Assembly: GCA_964016885.1 (NCBI GenBank)
Contig: OZ024745.1
Location: forward strand, 115,320,001-115,384,000
Source: Eledone cirrhosa
Lineage: Eukaryota
Direction of reading: 5' to 3'
Length of the DNA: 64,000 nucleotides
Positions 25,615-39,509 of the stretch are shown piece after piece; the first letter of the stretch is position 1, and every line of letters starts with the position of its first letter. A program made the translations under genes and the position numbers. The notes beneath the pieces are model-generated. The model was not told where the DNA came from. It was given only the letters and a program-made list of their open reading frames with translations, and searched no databases.

Positions 25615-25657
25615 GTCACTGAAGAAGTCACAGAATATGTGACGAAAGAACTTTGAC
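25615..25657 (+). ncRNA. type I HHR (family C, 3' pLTR)
   Basis: gtca-CTGAAGA-a gtcaca gaata tgtgac-GAAA-g aa c-TT-tgac (CUU site). Confidence 0.78.
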
Positions 25658-26164
25658 AATATATGAACAATCGTCTGGTTGTGGAACCAACCAACCAACC
25701 GAAAATTTATAAATTCTTAAATTTATAATAAATTGGAGTGAAAGCAACTGGTGCGTGTGTTTCTTATTGGTTACATGATCCTCCCAAAGTATAACAATAT
25801 CGTTATATATATATATATATAATTATGATTAAAAGTTTAACAAGTTTCAATTAATCAATGAATAAAGTTTCACAATAGATTAGAAGCACTCTACAGCAGG
25901 TTTTCTGGAGTTATTAATATTACTTCAAAATATTAATATTTTGAAGTAATATATATATATATATCAAATTAAACAGTACATTATGCAAACTTACAAATAG
26001 TGGAATATTTATGTTAATTTTTGTTTGTTTAAAACCAATAATGTTATCTGGAGGAGAGAATGAATACAACAGAAATATATAAATTTTACATATAGAAGTA
26101 GTTAGCCTTGAAGTAACTCCTCTGTACTTATTTCAACTACTCAAAGATAGGAATTTCAATGCTT

Positions 26165-26745
26165 ATGCTGGTGAGATTTGAACTCAAAAGGGAGGCATAG
26201 CGAACTTCGGTGGGATTTGAACTTGGAATGTAAAGGGGCGTAATTCTATGCCACAAAGTAGTTTGTCCGACGCTTTACCGATACTGGCAATACCCCGCTC
26301 TTATTTCCCTAAATAATGATTTCTTATATAGACACAAGGCCAGTAATTTGGGGGAGGGGGAAGTCGATTAAATCGACCCCAGGACATTACTGGTCCTTTA
26401 CTTTATCGACCCCGTAAGGATGAAAGGCAAAGTTAACCTCGGCGGGATTTGAACTCAGACCATATTGGGCCGTAACTCTATGCTGCAAAGCATGGCGTGC
26501 GACTCTCTACCGATGCTGCCAACCCACCATCCTATTATTGCCCTAAATAATGGCTTCCTGTATAGGCACAAGGCCAGCAATTTTGAGTGTGGGAGGGGAA
26601 AGTCGATTAAATCGACCACAATCCGTTACCGATCCCGTAAGGATGGAAGGCAAACCTAACTTCGGCCGGATTTCAACTTCGAATGTAACTCTATGCCGCA
26701 AAGCAGTTTGTCCGACGTTCCCCGCTCATATTGCCCTAAATAATT
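26165..26745 (-). mobile_element. cluster of 3-4 Nin/Deu-core SINE copies
   Basis: Repeated reverse B-box ggatttgaactc and core cgtaaggatgaaaggc; full copy ~26315-26530. Confidence 0.85.
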
Positions 26746-28830
26746 AAATAATATAATTTAGATTTGATTAAGCATATAGTCAATATTTCATGATATTGGG
26801 TAAATCGAAGGACTCGTGTTAATGTAAGAAATCCAATAAAGCTATACATATTTGTATGGTCGGGTCGGTATTAAAATGGTTACAACAACATATGCTTAAA
26901 TTATCTAAGTGGATATTGAACAAGATTTTCTGACATTGTTTATATTTCACTTGAGATATTATGCCTTACTGACCTCCAGCGTTAACTCACCTAGTTCATT
27001 TAATTTCTCTTATAGAAGAGAGGACTGGAGCAGATCAATAAAATAGATAACGGAATCTATTAACAAACATATGTATACATTGTTATTTATGTACTTACCG
27101 CCACAAATATATACCATAGATATTCATTTGTGTGATCTAATATTTGGTTAGTTCGAGTAAACTGTAGAAAATAAAGCATAGACAAAGCTCTTTCCAGAAA
27201 ATCTACTAGATAGATTTGCTCGAAATTTTGAAGAGACCTTCCTTATAATAGTAGCTTCATCGTTTTTAATTCTGCCTTGAAAAAATGTTATAGTCACTTT
27301 TATAAAAAAAATGTAATTTTTTTTCAGTTTTTTATACTGTCCAGCACACTAATGACGATAATTTTTTTTTCCAAAATATCAAAAAAGGCTGTTACCATAC
27401 AATGACTGGTTTTCTGATTCTAAAAATGTAAAAATCATTTTCATAGCTTATTTGGATTTTCTCAAAAGAAACCTGAAAATTACGCTATTTTTCAACCATT
27501 TTTGGTCATATCTCATCAAAAGTTAGGACTAGATGAAAAAGAAATATATCAGTTGTCTCAGTTTTAGAGGTAGATTCTACCATAAAAGTGAAAAAAAGAT
27601 GCATGATATAATAATTTTTTTCTTCCTGGGGGAGGGGGTCCCCACCTTAAGACAAGATTTGACCAATATCCATTCATATGATCAATACTAATGACGAACG
27701 AAACAATAAAAGATTTAGAAACAATAAAAGATTTAGAAACATTTGGAAACATTTCGCTCATCCCTAAATGAACAAAGCTATGTAGTGCAACATGTTACAC
27801 CACAGACTGTGAATACTCAATTGGGATCACGTGGTTTTTCGCATTTTCTTAGTGTGCCGTTCAAAATTTCGCCGCACACTTAGGAAGATCTCGCGGCACA
27901 CTGGTTAGACAGTTGAACGAAGAAGGCTATGATTAATTCCAATAATTGTAAGTTGCTCCTGGTGAGGTTTTAGGTATCGTTGTTGTTGCTTAGCTCAATA
28001 ACGTTCCACCCGTGACCATTTTGTCTATTATGAGGGTCATTGAGATTCTACTTCTAGCAGCTCGAGTAACAACATAGAGATTCTCTCGATAACTCGAGAT
28101 TCTGCCTATTCTACAATCTGGTAAACTTCTCTGCTGCGGAAGATACTGTACATATAAGATGCTGATAGCTCAAAGCTAGACTTTCGTTAACAGACATCAT
28201 TTTAGCAAAAGACTGACTAATTATAGTAATAAAACAGAGGAAATACAAATGAAAGAAGATACGTGAACATTTCTAAGTATTTGTCTTACGTGTATATTTG
28301 CTATAACACAGTTTTTGTTATGTTTTGGTATAACATTCGGTTGTCAAATGAGATTGCCTTTCCGTTTGGTATAAGCGAGACGTTTTCCGGTAGGAAATCA
28401 CATAGAAATAATCACCATATAGTCATCGAAAAGATATTTGCAAAAGCAATAGTATTGATGATATTGGCTACTATCTGTTTGCACAGATATAAAAGTTCCT
28501 TTGTGAGGTATCCTCCTGTTATTTAGATGGATATCTGAAGATCATGACTCATTTAAGTACCAAATTATAATTAATGTAACTTAATACGCCCCTACTTGAC
28601 AGGGAAATGTCTTCGAAGCTGCCTTTCACATGCTTTCTTTGATATATTTCTTATAATGAAAGGAAATTGAACTCAAGAGAGGTAAGTTTCACCTTTTCTG
28701 CTGAGGCCGTTTCACTGTTGAAAGAAGACAAACCAGCGTTGTTATTATTATTAATTCTTTTTTCGTGCAATGGCCATACTCGATAACGTGGGGGCAGCCA
28801 TCATGTATGTATGCATGTATGTAAGTATGT

Positions 28831-30310
28831 TTTATCATTTTATAAATTTCTACCAAGAGAAAGAGAGGGAGAGAGAACGAGAGAGTCGGTTTCTAACATA
28901 GAACCAAGACTCGTTCATTAGAATTTAGACAACATCAACTAAATACGTATGCATGTCTGTATATACTTGTGTATGTGCATGATGTTATTGTATGTGTCTA
29001 TATGTACACGTGCATGTTTCTGTGTCTATACATTGAGTATATGCAATTATTACATGCTGAATTTCTGAAATGTTTCACATATTTTTACAGTTCCATAAAT
29101 GGACTGTTCTTGTTGGTTCATAACTAGCCGTGATCTTCCTGTTTCTGTGAAGACCAGCTTCTCTAGATTTATACTGAAGCAGTTAGTAACATATCTCAGA
29201 GCTCCAATAATAACAGGTACAAATCTGAAGGTATACTCGGGGTGGAGTATCTGCAGATTTTGCATTAGTTCAGCATAAATGTTCTCCCCTTCAATAATCT
29301 TTAGCATAATATTGACATCTGCTGAACAGCTGATTTCCACTACTGTGCATGTCTTCTTTTCTCTGTCCCATATTATGTCTAGCCTGTTATGTTTGCATTA
29401 CATTGGATTGGCAGTATCGGTAGAGAGTCGGACGCCATGCTTTGCAGCATAAAGTTACGGTCCTTTATAATCTGAGTTCAAATCCCGCCGAGGTTAACTT
29501 TGCCTTTCATCCTTACGGGGTCGATAAAATAAGGTACCAGTAATGCACTGGGGTAATTGCTGGCCTTGTGCCAAAAGCAGAAACAATTATATTGGATTCG
29601 CAGTATCGGTAGAGGTCGGACGCCATGCTTTGCAGCATAAAGTTACGGCCCTTTACGGTCTGAGTTCAAATCCCGCCGAGGTTAACTTTGCCTTTCATCC
29701 TTACGGGGTCGATAAAATAAAGCACCAGTAATGCACTGGGGTAATTGCTGGCCTTGTGCCAAAATCAGAAACAATTATATTGGATTCGCAGTATCGGTAG
29801 AGGTCGGACGCCATGCTTTGCAGCATAAAGTTATGGCCCTTTACGGTCTGAGTTCAAATCCCGCCGAGGTTAACTTTGCCTTTCATCCTTACGGGGTCGA
29901 TAAAATAAAGTACCAGTAATGCACTGGAGTAATTGCTGGCCTTTTGCCAAAAGTAGAAACAATTATATTGGATATTTGACTGGAACATTTCACCCATATT
30001 CTTTCATATAATGTACACATATGTCATCAACATCACTGCATATGTTTATTCTCAAGACTATCCTTTCTACAGATATCATTGTATAGTGTTTTGGTCACTA
30101 CATCATGTCCCGTAGGTAGATAGCATCGTGATGACATCCTTGAACAGCTATTTGTGATGTGGGTGACATCCTCGATGTTTATTCCTCAGATTATGCAACT
30201 GTTGTCAGATCTAGGTATTTTGCCTGCATCTGTTATGCATCAGGTATTTGGTTGTTATTTCTTGTTCTAGGATTGCAAAAGCGTATCCTTCAAAGTGGGA
30301 GCCAGTATGC
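28831..30310 (-). mobile_element. R4/Dong-like RLE non-LTR retrotransposon 3' part, interrupted by a SINE trimer
   Basis: CII*GINIEDVTHITNSC..GHDVV knuckle region, HNRLDII..VVEISC, VPVIIGAL; 3' UTR matches 41680-41920; ends at (ACAT)n. Confidence 0.85.
29402..29973 (+). mobile_element. three tandem 188-bp Nin/Deu-core tRNA SINEs
   Basis: A box tggcagtatcgg, B box gagttcaaatcc, core gcctttcatccttacggggtcgataaaat; attggat at both ends. Confidence 0.92.
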
Positions 30311-30608
30311 TGGTTACTTATTATCATAATTTATTTATGGAATATATCATGTAAATACAATTTAATATAATATAATATAAAACACAAAAAAGAAAATTTA
30401 GATTGAGAAGAAAGAATGGAATGTAAAATAGGAAAGTATAAAGAAAAATGAAAAAGAGAAGCCCCGGAAAAGGGAGAGAATGGCAAGGACTCTAGTGTCA
30501 CAGAAGATGGGGATGGGAAAGGCGAGGATGATTGGACTATGGGCTCTCGGCGCGGCCCGCACAGAGTGCTTCTGAAAAGACGGAGTTTAATGTGTTACTT
30601 ATGTAGAA

Positions 30609-30722
30609 AGGCGGCGAATATTCAGAGTTGTTAGAACGTCAGATAGAATGCTTTGCAGTATTGGTTCCGGCTTTCTGTCCTCTGAGTTCAAATCCCACCG
30701 AGGTCAACCTTTCATCCTTTCA
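30609..30722 (+). mobile_element. 5' half of a related tRNA SINE
   Basis: ggcggcgaa...ctgagttcaaatcccaccgaggtcaac. Confidence 0.75.
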
Positions 30723-30768
30723 AGATATGTGTACCTGTGTAAGAAATAGTGTATACACACACACACAC

Positions 30769-30838
<70 letters not shown>

Positions 30839-30849
30839 ACACACATACA

Positions 30850-30992
30850 CAAGTAAAATTCCGTTATAACGAAATTTTTTCAATCCCGGCCACACGCTCT
30901 ATGTGTTAGGTCGATCTCGTCATAAACATTTTTTCGTTAGAACGAAGTTTTTCTATACTCCGTGAATGTCGTTGTAACGGAATTTCACTGTA
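30850..30992. mobile_element. pogo/Tigger-type MITE
   Basis: TIRs caagtaaaattccgttataacga / tcgttgtaacggaatttcactg, TA at the right end, internal subterminal repeat. Confidence 0.7.
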
Positions 30993-31124
30993 TATAGTTT
31001 GTAAACCTGACTGGCTTAGGGTTAATCAGAAGTAGCACTAACATAGTGATGGTAAATTGAATTTGTCGCTTGAATTATTAACAAGTGTTAGCTATTACTA
31101 GTGGCTATCATCATCATCATCATC

Positions 31125-31453
31125 AGTAGCGGTCTGACGGACATATATAAAAGAAATGTCCAATAACTACCGGAGTGGCTCAATGAATAAATCAGAGCGT
31201 TATAAATTTATAAATGGGAGACGTCAGCAAGATAGATTCATAAGAATTAACTATACTTACTTCAGATAACCCGATTGCAGATTCCTAGTGTAAAACCGAT
31301 ATTAGACGTCCTAATATCCTCTTATTATAGTCCCCTGAAAGTCCCCTGAAGAGCTGTGTTCTCCCGATATTGGATTTCCAAAATTGCAGTCATGATATCT
31401 GAAGTAAGTATAGTTAATTCTTAAGAATTTATCTTGCTGACTTCTCTCATTTA

Positions 31454-31458
<5 letters not shown>
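31125..31458. mobile_element. fold-back element next to (TA)n
   Basis: Inverted arms ~31207-31280 and 31383-31456. Confidence 0.65.
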
Positions 31459-31518
<60 letters not shown>

Positions 31519-31520
<2 letters not shown>

Positions 31521-31707
31521 CGAAGGAGATGTGGTAAGGAACCAGATGGACCATAACGCACCAGAGCACTCAATACTTAGGGTAGTAGAGTGGGTAATAG
31601 GAAAAAGTATGACCCCGACGGCAGAGCTCAAGCCGTTTCGACGGCTATTTCTGGACTCCAGAAATAGCCGTTGAAACGGCTTGAGCTCTGCCGTCAGAGT
31701 CATACTA

Positions 31708-31712
<5 letters not shown>
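31519..31712 (-). mobile_element. snap-back palindromic PLE end (family B)
   Basis: Reverse copy of the 6279/6545 elements; axis in tctggactccaga; (TA)n both sides. Confidence 0.8.
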
Positions 31713-31774
<62 letters not shown>

Positions 31775-31896
31775 TTATAATATTGACAAAAATAATATAT
31801 ACATATATATGATATATACTGTAGAAAAAGTTTGGTAGAAATATCCAAGGGTAAGAGCACTCAGTCCATAGGAGGAGTTTAGTATAATTGCTGTTG

Positions 31897-31946
<50 letters not shown>

Positions 31947-31948
<2 letters not shown>

Positions 31949-32394
31949 CATAATCTCAGCGAGGAAAGCACCAACGCCATACGCAAAGCCATCAGAAGAG
32001 AGGGCCTTAATATCAAACTAGCTCACTCTGGACCTTCACTACGAAGGTGTCTCTCCAAAAGAGGCAACCCCAAACGAGGATAATAGATGAAGCCTTCCCA
32101 ATTTCCCTCTCCGCAACACTAATTGTTGCCTACGTACCTACGTAGTGTACAGGCTAGAATGTAACAAGTGCAATCTATTTTACATAGGCAGCCCTATTTG
32201 ACCGTTACATCTCCGTATTAAAGAGCATGTTAACACCAAGGCTCTGATACCATCAACACTATAAACACAGAGAGGTGGCATATCTAAGAACTGAGTAACT
32301 GCCTGATGAGGTCATAGCCATTCAATGGCTATCATCGAAATATATATAGCAGTAAATAAAGGATTATGAGTTCATGCAATTTACTTATGTTTCG

Positions 32395-32399
<5 letters not shown>
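31947..32399 (+). mobile_element. internally deleted PLE 3' end (GIY-YIG remnant plus HHR)
   Basis: YVVYRLECNKCNLFYIGS..PLHLRIKEH at ~32140-32230; (TA)n flanks. Confidence 0.8.
32298..32353 (+). ncRNA. type I hammerhead ribozyme motif
   Basis: actgc-CTGATGA-g..atagcca ttcaa tggctat..c-GAAA-tatata-TA-gcagt. Confidence 0.82.
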
Positions 32400-32431
<32 letters not shown>

Positions 32432-32434
<3 letters not shown>

Positions 32435-32616
32435 TTTTAATATAGATGAGATTCTACAGGACTAGAACTGTTTCATTCTTTAGAAATCATCGATGATTTC
32501 TAAATAATGAAACAGTTCTAGTCCTGTAGAATCTCATCTATATTAAAACTTTTATACTCAGCAATGTATTGAGTACCTTACTTACTGTGGTTACCTCCGA
32601 TTCAACCCGGAATAAC

Positions 32617-32617
<1 letters not shown>
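32432..32617 (+). mobile_element. snap-back palindromic PLE end (family D)
   Basis: Palindrome 32434-32549 centred on atcatc/gatgat, inside the HHR CTGATGA core; same tail as 8780-8850. Confidence 0.82.
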
Positions 32618-32667
<50 letters not shown>

Positions 32668-32670
<3 letters not shown>

Positions 32671-33604
32671 TAAATTGCCAAGATAACAAAAAAATCTTAC
32701 CTTAACAAATTTAACGATCCCAAATATTTTCGGGTTTAAATATCCACTTAAAAGGACCAGCACCGCACTCTCAGAACTTATTTGGTCCTTAAAAGACAAA
32801 ACATTAATTACGAAATTTCTTGGCGTAAAATTTGCAACGCTTTCCCTTACTCCAATGCTTCCATATCTAGGGTTTGTAATTTATGTCTAGCTGAAAAATT
32901 TACCATTATCTCGAATTTCAACTCTTTAATAAATAGACGTTCGGACTTATTTGCTCTCTGTAATCATAAATCTTTTAAGAACTTTCACAAAGTTTACAGC
33001 TAATCTCCTATAACATATTCCACGAATAACGGTTAATTATTTTTACACATATTTTTTTTACACATATATATTTTCTACACATATATCTTTTCATACATTT
33101 TTTCTCACACATTTCATTATATTCTACAATGTATTAATTCTCTTTTCTCTGCATTTTTAAGCCTTTCACCTCTTTTCCTCTATTGCTTTAATTTTCGTTC
33201 AAACCTTCGTAGATTTTGTAAGCAAACTATGACGTCATATGTCTTTCTACGTTTATAAACCTTTCTAGCAATTTCCTTTATTTACTTGTTGATAAAAAAT
33301 AATAATTAAATACTATACCCCACATATATAAATTTTTAATAGTAATTTTTAATTTTGACATAGAAAGACTATTCTTATTTTTTATTCTATTCTATCTTAT
33401 TTTATTTTATTTTATTTTATTAATACATTTTTACACTTCTTAATCCAAATTTTAGTATTCAAACTCAATATAATATAATATACCCAGTTTCTATATTTTA
33501 GACCTCTAATATTTGTAATATTAGCACATACACCTCATCAATTTATTTATTTTTTTAGCCGCTATTCACAGCTGTTTTTCATTTTTGACAGCGTTCCCAA
33601 TCAA

Positions 33605-33676
<72 letters not shown>

Positions 33677-34037
33677 GCTCCTCCGTCTTTCTTTCTTTTT
33701 TCCTCTCTTCTATTTCTTTTTTCTTTTCCCTTCTTCTTTCCTTTTCTTCATTTTTCCTATTTTTTCTCTTCTCTTATATTTTTGTCATATGTTGACTGGA
33801 CACTTTCTTGTTCACAAGTGTTTTTAGGCCTCATATCATGTTACCTTATTTTATCTGATGAGAACACAATTTTTGTCCCAGGATGATGTTGTTTTCGAAA
33901 TGCGCATAATAAAATAAATGGAACGTTTTTAACCATCTTTTAATTTCTTCTCTATATATACTCCAGTTCTACCAACTGTTGAGTGCTACTTATCTGATAT
34001 ATGCATAGTTTTATTGTTCTACAATATTACTCACCTC

Positions 34038-34038
<1 letters not shown>
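32668..34038 (+). mobile_element. PLE 3' end: endonuclease C-terminus, 3' UTR and HHR pLTR
   Basis: TALSELIWSLK..YEISW..CNLCLAEKFTII..LINRRSDLFALCNH, homologous to 44540-44760. Confidence 0.85.
33846..33917 (+). ncRNA. type I hammerhead ribozyme motif
   Basis: Perfect 9-bp stem I ttattttat/ataaaataa, CTGATGA, stem II gaacacaa/ttgttttc, GAAA-tgcgca-TA. Confidence 0.85.
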
Positions 34039-34098
<60 letters not shown>

Positions 34099-34234
34099 AG
34101 TTAAGAAAGTATGGCACAATGAATAAAATTTCACTAATTAATTACATGAGACTAGGAAAATAATCATAATAATACCAATAATAATAATAATAATAATAAT
34201 TTAAACACTCATATCGAGGATTGGTGAATGTATG

Positions 34235-35735
34235 GCGAGATCCAAGCCTCTCCGAAAAAGCACGGTAACCCCCCCCCCCCCCCACACGCGTTCCTGGACG
34301 GCTGCGAGATGTGTATACATCGTAGCCGCCGAAGATCGGTGCGAAGGCTCGTGCTTCGGATATTCTGGTCTCGCTGATGGCCACCACATCTATGTTTAGT
34401 GACCTGAGGTCGTTGAGCAGGTGACCCTGCTTCCAAGATGACCCCAGGCCACGTACATTTATACTCCCTATTCTATGTAAGGCCATGTTGGGTGAGGAAT
34501 GGAGTAAGTGAGAAAGGATCACCTACCCTGATCGTGTGGGAAAGGGACAGTTGAACCGTCCCTTTAGCTGGTCATGGGTGTCTCCAAGATGATGTCGGTG
34601 TATATCCTGTTGGTAACTGACCCTCTGAAGTGTCCAACTGCGTTGGGGAATTTTTCTTTTAAATGTTTATAATGTTCTATTTTAATTTCAATAATGTTTA
34701 TATTTTTCGGGAGAGTTCTTGGTGTTGGTGGGGTGTAGTAGTTTTGTCCGTAATGTCTGTGTGCTGCTTTATATGTTCTAAGAGTTCATTATTTGCCATG
34801 TTTATGGGTGTGTAATGTTTTTATTTTGTGGTGGTGGTGGGGGGGGGGGGGGTTCTTGTTGCTGTTAGGTATGTTTGTCTTGTTGTGCTTGCGATGTTGA
34901 TTTTTGTGGTGATGCTGGTGATGGTGGTGTGGTGGTTATCAGTGGTGATGGGGTGGCATTGCTGTGAGTCGCCTTGCAGCCTTTACCCCTCTTTGTTTGC
35001 CTTCGCTTTTGGAGGGTGAAGCTAAGATTTCTTTTTGTTTTTTGTTTTTTTTGTGGCAGACCATTTGCCACTTCATTCCCGCCTCATATTCCATGTCGGA
35101 TTTCGTGGCGTCTGGGAGGGGTATGAGCTCCACTGCTGTTGGTGGTGGTGGTAGTGGAGCCCTCTCCGGCGATTTTGCCGCCGGTATAGCTACTTCGAAT
35201 GTTGGTGTTGCCGCCACTGCTGCCGCTGTTTTAGTTGTCCGTGGCCTTAGTATGGGTGCCACGGACGTTGCTTTCCTACTCACTATGGAAGTTTCATCTG
35301 CCTGTGTTGCCTGCCCTGTTCTTCGTAGCAGCATATCAGGTGTCGGAAGGAGGGAGGGACGCCTCTTCTTGGCTGTCTTCTGCGGGGAGAAGGCCCTGAG
35401 GTGACCCTTCTGCCCACAGAGATAGCACTTTGGGCGCCTTCCTTCCACGCTTATAGTGAGTTGGAGTCCTTCCTCGAGGTCTATGATATCTGGGATGGCC
35501 TCGATGCACTCCTGGTCAGTTTGTATTAGCATTTGCATGCTTATACCTGACCAGTTCTCTCTCCCCATTCTCTGTATTTGCAGTATGGTGGTGCTGTCCT
35601 CGATTCCAGCAAGTACAGACGCGGCCAGTCAAGGTATGGGAACGCCGGGTGGGACCTGGGTCACTTTGACCCTCACAATTTTCTGCCCGCAGTAGGAGGG
35701 CAACAAGACTATCTCCTCACTCTTTAGGGTTTCCA
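34235..35735 (-). mobile_element. Tx1/L1-like LINE fragment (ORF1 C-half and start of ORF2 APE)
   Basis: ORF1 knuckle CYLCGQKGH; ORF2 MALHRIGSINVRGL..IDVVAISETR. Confidence 0.85.
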
Positions 35736-37129
35736 AAAGAGATCCGGAACGAATACCATAAACATTCTATCCGACGTTCTAACGACTTTGCCAATTCGCC
35801 GCCTTACACCTACATATACACATACACAAATATAGATTGACTGCGATTAGCTTCTCTAGTTTCTCAAATAATACAGAAACACAGAGAAAAAGAAATTAAT
35901 ATCTTTCTGATATAAAGGCAATATGTAGATACACGCTCAATCATATATTGATCTCTTAATGAAGCTAAAACTTGTCGGAAAGTGTTTCGTTTTCTCAGAG
36001 GAGAAAATAGTGAACATAATATTAATCCTTGACTGATATTTGTTTCCCTTCACGACACATATGATTCTACTTCAAGCTCTTAATGTTTCAATATAAAATA
36101 TACTTTCATCTATGTTTCGCAGTTAAGGTAGGTTAATAAAACTAACTGCATCATTGGTTATGTTATTCTAATATCTGAAAAGGGACTAATATATACTAAA
36201 ACGACATCATGATGTACTAAAACATATTAGATTTCTTAACTATGTTTCAAATATATCGTGGAGGTGAAATGGGAGTATGTAATAATGTTCATTTCTCAAA
36301 CAATTTAATAGACTACAAGCAGGAAACGAATCGGTTCACACATTCCGCTAAGCTGGGATCTTATCTCCATTCGGCAGTACTCACACACATGAAGTCATGA
36401 TTTGATTTACCTTTAATCTTTATCGCAATAGAGTATTTCATATCTACAGTTAACCACTAAACTACACGACAGTCTATCTGATACACTAACACTGAGTATT
36501 TCCCTTTCTTCAACTTACTTGCACCTTCTTCAAATTTATGAGATTAAAAAGATGCAGTGGCAACATACACAAATCACGGTTAGACATCGATACCTGTCTA
36601 CCTGGCCACTAAAATTCCTCAGTAGTTATATCAATATAGAAATGTATAATCCCTGGAGAATTTTGCTGGAAGCAATAAAACGCCAGAATAAATGTTCAGT
36701 TTTATCAAGCTTTTGTGTTGAAATCTAACCGAGATCCACTTAAGTTCATATATTTAGTTTTCTTAATCGACCAACCTTCCAAACTAAAGAAATATTGGTA
36801 AGTTACACTGCACTACCTTATGGTACCTGTAGTTCTAGTTGGGGTGAGATATTGAGCATATGTCCTATCCTAATGTCACAACACAGTATCGACACTGCAT
36901 ATAATTGTTTAAAGCACCTGTTTCATATAAACTATTAATATTGGTGAAGTACACCGAGAAAATATGTAATAGTCAAGAAAGATTGTAAATATAAATATAT
37001 TAGGTTGTTTCCAATTGTGGAAGAAGTAATAATATATAAACACGATCCACATTTTAGTAACTCTTTCAAATACATCTGCTTCCTCTATTGAATCCCAAAC
37101 TAATTCAAACACCAACAAGTCTTCATTTA

Positions 37130-38760
37130 TCTCTCTTCTTGTATTGAGGATATCTATCTCATTTCACTCTTGATCAAAGATCTCGTCCTCGGTGATTTAA
37201 ACAATTATTCTTTTGCTCTTAAACACACCTCATACTAATGCCACCGATAGATAAATCAAGCTTCTCGCACTTCTAATCCCTGTACACTACTTAGTCTCAT
37301 CACCTTCTCGCATCTCAAACTCATACAGTGAAACTCCAAACACCCCTGATCATTCCCTGCAAAGTATTATTGTCTCTTATATCTATCGTGTTCTCATACC
37401 AACATACAATGTAATGACCTCGCCTGCGGAACTGTAGCATCGCCCAAACTGTAGCTAAACCAGAAGTTTGGGTAATCCATCACTTCTTAACCTGTTCCGT
37501 GAGCAGCACTCTTGTGAATAAAGCTTCCACATTTGCTAATTTCTTTGCATTCACTTTCACGCTGCACACATTAGGTAAATCTCCAAAACTATCTCTTTCC
37601 ACTTCACTTGACTTATCACTACGTACACAAGCATTCCAAGTGTGAAGCACCTTCAGCCACTTTAAACTGAAAAGGTCTTTGTTTCTCAAACAATGCAGGC
37701 CAAAGCCAACGCTTCAATTTCCCTTTCTTTCTTTATCTCGCGAGAAATATTAATCTTTACAAAGGAAAACTCCTCTGACCCTGTCAACTAGTATCCTCTC
37801 ACACTCATTTGCAACATCTCAAAGGTGACGGAAGCAGACATTAACTACAATCTACTCCGTTCATTTGAATTCCTCTTAGAGGCAACCAGTACGGCTTTCG
37901 TAAAGCCAGATATACGGAGGACTTACTTTCCTGTGTAACTCATCAGCGATCCTCACCACCGAGAAATTTAATTAAACCAGTATTATGACCCTCAACCTAA
38001 GCAACGATTTCGATCGTATCTGGTATACAAATCTCGTGGGTAAACTGGCCGCCTGTGGGACCCATTTAACTTTCATTTCCTGGATCGTTGACTTTGTGTC
38101 AGATTGTAACATCGTGAAGTGTGCTGATGGAGTTCACTGTGATCCACATTCCTTGGTGTGTTTCAGAGAAATCTCCCGCTCCCCAAGCTTCCACCCATAT
38201 ATCGACAAGCTATTTGTTGTCATCTTTACCGACGTTCACGCCTCCGATGATAATATCACCCTTCAAACCTTCAACACTTAAGCATAATCCATGTGCTATC
38301 TGGACACATCACACCAAATCTGCAATTTAATAGTACAAAAACACAATCACTACACAAGCAAATATCACACTCCCTAAAATATGTACAGCATACAACTAGA
38401 CCTCTCAAGGTCACTGCAATTATTACGCCTCACCATTACTAGGAACTTTTTCTAGCGGACGCGATCCTTAACTACGCCCCAAAGATTTGTCTTCTTCAGA
38501 GGCAGAAAATACATCATCTATCAACTCTCTACAAAACTCTGGTGAGATATACAATGACTTACTGCTCTCACATGTGGAATGTTGTTGTACATTAGGCACA
38601 TGTATCTTAGCATTCAAAAGAAAGGACATTGGATTGATTGATATGAACACTTTTTCAAGCGTACTCCAACCTCTGGCCTACAGATGTACCATCTGTGCTG
38701 GTTGCTTTCCTGTCACCTCAGGCACTTCTCAGTAATTCATCGCTCCTCTTCTTCTCACCA
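37130..38760 (+). pseudogene. old CR1/Jockey-group LINE ORF2 remnant
   Basis: LVLGDLN (APE-like), NQYGFRKAR and FDRIW RT motifs with many frameshifts. Confidence 0.65.
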
Positions 38761-39509
38761 ATATTTTCTGATGCATTCTAACCTGTCCATAATGTCGGAC
38801 CGGTGGTCCAATTAAATTATTAAAAAACTCCTTTTAGAAATATGCAAATCATGTCATTAGAGTCTTTACATATTCAGAGAAACCTATATTTCCATTTCCT
38901 TTTCTTTATATGTAAGAATATAGAAGAATATAGGCATCATCTTTGAAATAGCCTTGACACAAATAGAAAGCTATGCCTAAATGTGTTCTTTTGAATATAC
39001 ACTGTTGAAGGTTTTCACAGAGAATTATTGACATTTTAGAATGTCTAATAAATAGGAAAATGTATTTTCTGTAAATACATTTAGCTATATCATTATTCAT
39101 GATGATGTCGCTGCTGTTGTTGTTATTGTTGCTGCAGCTCAACATGATAATTACGATGACAACAGTGGTGATGAGGATGATGGTGATGATGGTAATGGTG
39201 ATGATGGCAATGGTGATGATGGCAATAGTGATGATGATCTTGTTTGAGATTGTCATTAACGTCATATTATCTGTTTGCTTGCGTGCTGTGCTCTGTCTAG
39301 GTTTGATACTGTTGTTGGTTGTATGTAAATATGTGGTTTGAAGAGGAGTTACCGTGTCATTGTCTGTTGTTTGTTGGTGTTTGAGTTGCTGTTCACAGAT
39401 GTGTGTTTGTAGTATTAAGGTTGGCGACTCACTGTTATCATACATGTTATTATGTGTACGCTATGTGGATGTATGTTAGTGGTTGCAGTGTACGGGTCTC
39501 AGTCAAAGT

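Larger units (their letters stand above)
24398..25802 (+). mobile_element. 5'-truncated PLE (family C) with inverted pLTR
   Basis: 24435-24655 inverted versus 25596-25802; (TA)n both sides; GIY-YIG interior. Confidence 0.92.

Noticed and set aside
29410-29500. tRNA genes at A/B-box matches
   Set aside because: Box spacing and the downstream conserved core identify SINE heads; no cloverleaf
31340-31400. ctgaaga in the spacer of the 31.2-31.45 kb fold-back
   Set aside because: No GAAA, NUH or stem I closure found
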